A DNA stretch of 64,000 bases from Octopus vulgaris (taxonomy: Eukaryota), in contig OX597815.1 of the NCBI GenBank assembly GCA_951406725.2, forward strand, positions 110,918,001 through 110,982,000, in the 5' to 3' direction. The notes below the pieces were generated by a model that saw only the letters and a list, made by a program, of their open reading frames with translations, searched no databases and was not told the origin of the DNA. The translations under genes were made by a program, and so were the position numbers. Below are positions 56,410-64,000 of the stretch, one piece after another. Numbering within the stretch: position 1 is the first letter of the stretch; each line of letters starts with the position of its first letter.

Positions 56410-57011
56410 ATAAATTAAAGGAAGAGGAAAACAAGGCAGGACAAGTTTATCTGATCCTCTAAATTATTTTAATCATTAGAGTGGTAAACTGAAGTGAGCA
56501 AAAGTAAATTGTTTTCATTGTTTACTTTTGCTTACTTCGATTCACCACTATAATGATTAAAATAATTTAAATAATCTGAGCGCAGGAATGGCTGTGGTTT
56601 TAGCTTGCTTACCAACCGGGTTCATTCCCACTGCGTAGCACCTTGGTCAAGTGTCTTCTACTATAGCCTCGGACCGACCAAAGCCTTGTGAGTGGATTTG
56701 GTAGACTGACACTGAAAGAAGCCCATCATATATATGTATGAATGTGTATATGTTTGTATGCCTGTCTTTATCCCCCCAATATCGCTTGACAACCGATGGT
56801 GGTGTGTTTACGTCCCCGTAAACTAGTGGTTCAGCAAAATAGAACGATAGAATAAGTACTAGGTTTCCAAAGAATAAGTCCTGGGGTCGATATGCTCGAT
56901 TAAAAGAGATATTTCAGCATGGCCGCAGTCAAATGCCTGAAACAAGTAAAAGATAAAAGAAACAAAAGATTAAGCTTGTTTTGCCTTGGTTTTGTTTTCT
57001 TCTTCCTTTAA

Positions 57012-57015
<4 letters not shown>
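56410..57015. repeat. Palindromic element whose right arm is split by a SINE
   Basis: 56410-56508 is inverse to 56521-56570 plus 56972-57015. Confidence 0.7.
56578..56965 (+). mobile_element. tRNA/CORE SINE with CR1-like tail
   Basis: Family match. Confidence 0.85.
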
Positions 57016-57055
<40 letters not shown>

Positions 57056-57421
57056 AACTTTCTATAATTATAAACATAATTATAATTAGGGTTCAGCAAA
57101 AATTGCTTCATCACATACAGAAATTTAGAAATAGAAGTTAAATACTATTCCACTACAATAAGATATCTCCCAGACAGTAACACTCTCGATTCACGTAGTT
57201 AAAGAGAAATAAAATAACGAATCCACCCGGCTTTGATTAACTATATACGCGTTTCTGGGATAAACAGATGTAAAAAGATGTAAATAAGTCCTGGGCTCGA
57301 TATGCTCGACTAAAAGCGATATTTCAGCATGGCCGCAGTCAAATGCCTGAAACAAGTAAAAGATAAAAGAGACAAAATATTAAGCTTGTTTTGCCTTGGT
57401 TTTGTTTTCTTCTTCCTTTAA

Positions 57422-57461
<40 letters not shown>

Positions 57462-57690
57462 AACTTTCTATAATTATAAACATAATTATAATTAGGGTTC
57501 AGAAAAAATTGCTTCACCACCTACAGAAATTAGAAATAAAAGTTAAATACTATTCCACTACAATAAGATATCTCCCAGACAGTAACACTCTCGATTCACG
57601 TAGTTAAAGAGAAATAAAATAACGAATCCACCCGGCTTTGATTAACTATATACGCGTTTCTGGGATAAACAGATGTAAAAAGATGTAAAT
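56873..57690 (+). repeat. ~410-bp tandem duplication
   Basis: 56873-57285 repeated at 57283-57690, high identity. Confidence 0.9.
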
Positions 57691-58022
57691 TCATATTTCT
57701 ACTCACTTACTCCTATCTTCTGTACAGTATTTCAATTCTTAATTTGAGAGCACTGATAATTAATATACGTATCCGATCAAGCGGGAGTGAGTAGAAATAT
57801 GATTTTACATCTTTTTACATCTCTTTAATACAGAAACGCGTATATAGTTAATCAAAGCCGGGTGGATCCGTTGTATTTTTCTCTTTACCTGCGTGAATCG
57901 AGAGTATTACTGTCTGATATCTTATGGTAGTGGAATAGTATTTAACTGCTATTTCTAAATTTCGGTATGTGGGGAAGCAATTTTTACTGAACGCTTATCA
58001 TAATTGTGCTTATAATTATAAA
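57460..58022. repeat. Palindromic element (arms ~57460-57706 and 57786-58022)
   Basis: Reverse-complement arms with (TA)n outside. Confidence 0.85.
57645..57728 (-). ncRNA. Type I hammerhead-like motif, extended stem II, one core substitution
   Basis: actgta-CAGAAGA-[55 nt]-GAAAC-gc-GTA-tatagt; 6-bp stem I. Confidence 0.6.
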
Positions 58023-58155
58023 TTTTTTATATAAGGTTACCGATAATGGTTCTTTTAACATACCGAACTACTTTGTAAAATTATTAATTATTAATTGATT
58101 AATTAATTTTACCCTTTATTATTATTGATAATATATGTGTATATATGTAGGTATA

Positions 58156-58318
58156 GGCACAGGAGTGGCTGTGTGGTAACAAGCTTGCATACTAACCACA
58201 CCGTTCCAGATTCAGTCCCCTTCCGTGTCAACTTGGGCAAGTGTCTTCTACTATAGCCACGGGCTGACCAAAATCTCGTGAGTGGATTTGGTAGACAGAA
58301 ACTGAAAGAAGCCCGTCG

Positions 58319-58352
<34 letters not shown>

Positions 58353-58371
58353 TATACATATGTGTATGTAT

Positions 58372-58415
<44 letters not shown>

Positions 58416-58446
58416 CATATATATATGTGTATGTATATATATATAA

Positions 58447-58480
<34 letters not shown>

Positions 58481-58688
58481 TCGTTTGTGTGTGTTTGTCT
58501 TCCAGCATCGCTTGACAACCGATGCTGGTGTGTCTACGTCCCAGTGTCTTGGCGGTTCGGCAAAAGAGACTGATACAATAAGTACTAGGCTTACAAGGAA
58601 TAATCCTGGGGTCGATTTGATCGACTAAAGGTGGGTCTCCAACATGACCGCAAACGAATGACTGAAACAAGTAGATGAATAAAAGAAT
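58156..58688 (+). mobile_element. Full-length tRNA/CORE SINE with expanded internal microsatellite
   Basis: Family match. Confidence 0.88.
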
Positions 58689-58958
58689 ATATATATATAT
58701 ATGTATATATATATTTGTGTGTGTATGTGTATGCATTCATTCTCATATAAGCATTTCCATATATATATGTGGATATATATATATAAATATATATATATAC
58801 ACAATGCAGTACAATCGTTTCATGTCATGTTACTTCATTTAATTAAACAATGTATTACATCAGTTTTAAAGTAAAAATCATTTACTACCATGTTTCTATT
58901 GATGAGGTTCACCTCTCTGTTTATATACCTACCCTCTTTGTAATGTTGGAAAATGTAA

Positions 58959-58989
<31 letters not shown>

Positions 58990-59085
58990 AAAAATAAAAA
59001 AATATATATATATATATATCTGCGTGTGTATCGTTGGCGATTTTATTTCTCCGTCTTCTCTTCCTTGGACCTTTTCTTTTTCTAT

Positions 59086-59121
59086 GTTTCTGACGAAGAG
59101 CTCCGCTCGAAACGTTAATTC
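59086..59121 (+). ncRNA. Minimal (dimer-type) hammerhead motif within element 59020-59220
   Basis: CTGACGA-A-GAGC-TCC-GCTC-GAAAC-GTT; palindromic ACGT stem III; weak stem I. Confidence 0.65.
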
Positions 59122-59337
59122 CTCCTTCTTTCTTTCCTTTCCTGAGCGTCCAATAACACTATACTTGTTCCACGTCCTCGTGTTGTGTTTTCTTTTTGTT
59201 CATGTTTGCATTAACTATACAGGTATATATATATATATATATATATAGGGAAAATTTACGAAAAAAACATAAGACGAAGACAGGTGGTGTACAAAACAAA
59301 CAGATGTATTAGTATAACGCTCAGGAATAGAAAAAGT

Positions 59338-59373
59338 CTTTTACGTTTCGAGCCAACGCTCTTCTACAGAAAG
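59338..59373 (-). ncRNA. Minimal hammerhead motif with variant core CUGUAGA
   Basis: cttt-CTGTAGA-A-GAGC-GTTG-GCTC-GAAAC-GTA-aaag. Confidence 0.6.
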
Positions 59374-59419
59374 GGACACAGAAAAAACAAGGAGAGAAAA
59401 AATGTGTGTTGTGGCTAAC

Positions 59420-59480
<61 letters not shown>

Positions 59481-59485
<5 letters not shown>

Positions 59486-60149
59486 AATAATGAGGGAGAT
59501 AAATTAATATTAATTTTAATATCAATTTAAGACCAGTAGTCCAGCATACAAAAAATCTGAGAAGTCAGAGAAAATTCTAATGTATGTGTATATTGGCAGG
59601 GCTTACTGCTAGGGAGTCGGCCGTATGCTAGAAATAGACCATCAACGATCAAACTACAAGGAAATTCTCTAGAGGAAAAATACAGCGAACACCAGAACCA
59701 AATTTGGCGGGCAGGACAGATAAAAAATTATATAAAAAACAGAATTAAACGCATACCTCGGTTTCGGCCTTTAACAAAAGAATTACTTACGTAATTCAAA
59801 TGTCCGTGCTTCTTCAGTGCATTCGTTCATTGTAATGTAAACTGAAAAAACCAACCCCAGCTTTCCGTGCCAGTACAGACACGTGTATAGTTTTACCGAT
59901 TACACTAGTGATAAAATTTCAAATGTCTTAGTTCTGGCGCGCTAATAAATTCCTGAGGCGAAGGGCTGCAGTAAATAATTCACTGCGGTTGCTGCTTAAT
60001 ACTAGAGAACGTATTTATTTCAATATTTAAATAATGAGGGAGATAAATTAATATTAATTTTAATATCAATTTAAGACCAGTAGTCCAGCATACAAAAAAT
60101 CTGAGAAGTCAGAGAAAATTCTAATATATGTGTATATTGGCAGGGCTTA
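59481..60149 (-). mobile_element. Partial-tandem non-coding element (544-bp period, 125-bp direct repeats) containing a hammerhead
   Basis: 59481-59605 matches 60025-60149 almost exactly; abuts (TA)n. Confidence 0.8.
59748..59823 (-). ncRNA. Type I hammerhead ribozyme motif, extended stem II
   Basis: aatgca-CTGAAGA-[45 nt]-GAAAC-cgag-GTA-tgcgtt; 6-bp stem I, intact core. Confidence 0.75.
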
Positions 60150-60632
60150 ACCACACCAATATATGTCAAGTATCAAGAGACACATTGAAGAGCATATAAG
60201 CTTCAGTGGAATTTTATTTAGTGAGGGATTGTTTAATGTGTAGTTTTAAAAATATCAATAAAAATAAATCCCCAGACAAAACTGATAATTAATCATAATA
60301 ACGTCTTGTATTAAATTGTTTGCTGTGATATATTATACTAAGTATAAATATGTAATATATAAGTATGACTCCTGCATTAATTTTACATATATGCATATTA
60401 CTAACATTTATAATTCTATCTATATACCAATCTATGAACCCACGCATGCATCTGTCAAGTCATCTCTCTATCTTACTCTCTGTCTCTCTCTTTGTATCTA
60501 TCTATCTATCTATCTATCTAAATTTTTATATTTATATATTCATATATGTCTGTGAGTGTCTGTGTGTGTGTGTGTGTGCGCGGTCATATGTGTACGTATA
60601 CTCATATGATATATATATATATATATATATAT

Positions 60633-61540
<908 letters not shown>

Positions 61541-61541
61541 C

Positions 61542-61580
<39 letters not shown>

Positions 61581-62109
61581 CATATAACGCATATGTACGC
61601 ATTCAGTAATACACACTCATATAAAACTGTGTGTGCATGAGAGAGAGAGAGTGAGAGAGAGAGGGGGAGAAAGAGAGAGAGAGAGAAAGAGAGAGAGGGA
61701 GTGGGAGAGAGAGAGGGAGAAAGAGAGAGAGAGAGAAAGAGAAAACAAGAAAGAGTGAGTATATGGAGAGCATTGGAGAAAATATCATGAGGTAGTTTTT
61801 TCCGACTGTTTACTTGTTCAAAGCTCGCTATATGAAATGTTGCTTTCATTCTTTCCGGATAACAAACAATTAATCTGATCGAGGGTTCAGACTAGCTCCT
61901 TCATCTCAAAATTGCTAGCCTTGTGCCCAAATTAGAAAGTATTAATAGCCATAGATGTAAGCATGAATTTGTGGTCAAGAAGTTCACTCAGTAACCACTT
62001 GTTTTGGATTCTGTCTCACAGCGCGTCAGCTTACCCGTGGACCGACAATAGTCTTGTATTTGATTTTGGTATATGAAAACTATAGAAGTCCGTCGTATAC
62101 TTACAGACA

Positions 62110-62143
<34 letters not shown>

Positions 62144-62150
62144 CATACAT

Positions 62151-62183
<33 letters not shown>

Positions 62184-62467
62184 TACATACATACATACAT
62201 ACATACATACATACATACATACATACTATGCATTCGATCCTTCTTCCAGGAAATCTACGCTTCCAGCTTAGTTTTTCTAATGCTCGTTGCTTAGTTTTTC
62301 TTGGAGGGCTGGCCGTGATCTAGTAATCTCAAGATTAATCAGCCGAAATTACTAGGATGATCCGGTTCTTGACTGAAGACTGAGGGTTTCGAATGTCCTG
62401 TCCGTGTTTATTGTATCGTCTTCTAAGAGTTATACGTTCTTGTCCATGTTGCATTTTTCTACATACC

Positions 62468-62499
<32 letters not shown>

Positions 62500-63649
62500 C
62501 ATACATACATACATACATACACTCATACAAACATTCATACCATAAAGAGACAACTGTACGTCATTGATTTATAGAGATGAACACTTACACGAGTACCTCT
62601 CTCTGTGTCTCCGTGATTAGTACATAGCGACAAGCCTAAGTGTGATGATCATTTATCACGTGAAACATTTTCCATCAGATTGTCCCTCTCCTAGAAGGAT
62701 GCTGCGATTATACATTGTGGTGTCCCTCACCGTCGGTAGATTTTGCTGGACATCCTATTTCTGCATCCCGCGTTCAGATGGACTGTCATCACACATGTTA
62801 TGCTGGCAATATAACAGGTGCTACAATCAGTGATTAGTACAATAGTGGCTAAAATTGGAACAATTCTACGAACAATAGCTGCTAAATCTTGGCTCTACAT
62901 TCTTTAAAATCTTTGAACTCCCTATCAGAGCCCTACAACGGGATGTAGTTTAAAGTCAGATCCAGGACATGTATACAGCCATACAAATAGGCATACATAC
63001 AAGCTTATATAAAAACAAACATACATGCATGCACACATACATACATACATACATACATACATACATACATACACGCACATACATACACATATGATGTTAA
63101 CATAAAGCTAAATATCAGCGAAACAGAAATTACCTACGTTGAACTATTGAGAAATTTACAGTAATTCTAACCGGATTACAAGTTCAGGTTTTTACCTGTA
63201 ATTATTGGAGGCCTGGAATATATAACACACTGCCTAAGTACCAATCTTGGAAAATTAGACTTTTCAAAACCAGAAAAGTGAAAGCCCTTTCGAAGACTAC
63301 AGATCCAATCCATCACTGGAACTGTTAAAATCTGTAAAACTTTCCAGGTGTTTAGCATTTAAATATATATGAGTATATCTAGACATGCAACTATATGCAT
63401 GAGATTACATACATAAAGTAAAACATGCAAATCTACACCTATACATACATACATACGTACGTACATACATGCATACATACATATCTTGCTGGTATTATAG
63501 AAATTCCAGTAAACGAGCCTAGATCTAGGGTAAAAAAACGGTTCTTTCTCTATTGGCAAGAAATCTTGAAACAAAACTGAATAATGACATACATACATAC
63601 ATACATACATACATACATACATACATACATACATACATACTTGCAATCA

Positions 63650-63802
63650 TATATGAAACCGTTATTTTTTCTCAGTCCGTGTTTTACTAATTTCTTTTTG
63701 TCAAAGAGCGCAGGCTCCAAACGTCGAAGACTTTTTCATTTTTTCCGAGGGTCAAACTAATACCCCTTTTTTATTGTTCCTTCACCCGCTTCTGTCTTCC
63801 GT

Positions 63803-63810
<8 letters not shown>
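63650..63810 (+). mobile_element. Decayed copy of the minimal-hammerhead element family at 59230-59420
   Basis: TTGTCAAAGAGCGCAGGCTCCAAACGTCGAAGACTTTTTC, with downstream similarity. Confidence 0.55.
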
Positions 63811-63849
<39 letters not shown>

Positions 63850-63885
63850 TTCTTTGCTTTTTGCACATTTATATCGCATGAGTGG

Positions 63886-64000
63886 CTAAGTGCATGATCG
63901 GCTGTGTGGTAAGATACTTGCTTCCCAACTACATGGTTCCGGGTTCAGTCACACTGCGTGACATCTTTGTCGGGTGCATTCTGCTATAGCCTTGCACAGA
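63886..64000 (+). mobile_element. 5' part of tRNA/CORE SINE
   Basis: GGCTGTGTGGTAAG...GGGTTCAGTCACACTGCGTG. Confidence 0.75.

Noticed and set aside
62290-62410. CTGAAGA and GAAA/GTC motifs in a (CATA)n-flanked repeat
   Set aside because: Could not assemble consistent hammerhead stems on either strand

Overview
AT-rich, repeat-saturated eukaryotic DNA with no supportable host protein-coding gene. The repeat repertoire (tRNA-headed CORE- and Nin/Deu-domain SINEs, dense (TA)n/(TAA)n/(CATA)n tracts) suggests a cephalopod, probably Octopus (inference). Contents: one nearly intact CR1-clade LINE ORF2 (14.2-17.1 kb, one frameshift), several R4/Dong-like LINE relics in (TAA)n, an RTE relic with a 5' inversion, a Penelope-like GIY-YIG relic, four Tc1/mariner relics, Helitron/HINE-like elements, MITEs and many SINEs. 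The most notable signal is a set of unrelated short non-coding elements that carry type I hammerhead-ribozyme motifs, some with 41-59 nt stem II domains and some minimal dimer-type with a variant core. They usually sit beside (TA)n as head-to-head palindromes or partial tandems, which looks like a Penelope-driven, retrozyme-like system. A palindromic/partial-tandem element carrying a tRNA-like Pol III cassette has the same architecture. Most ORF-track entries are microsatellite artefacts. All calls are by eye and coordinates are approximate.
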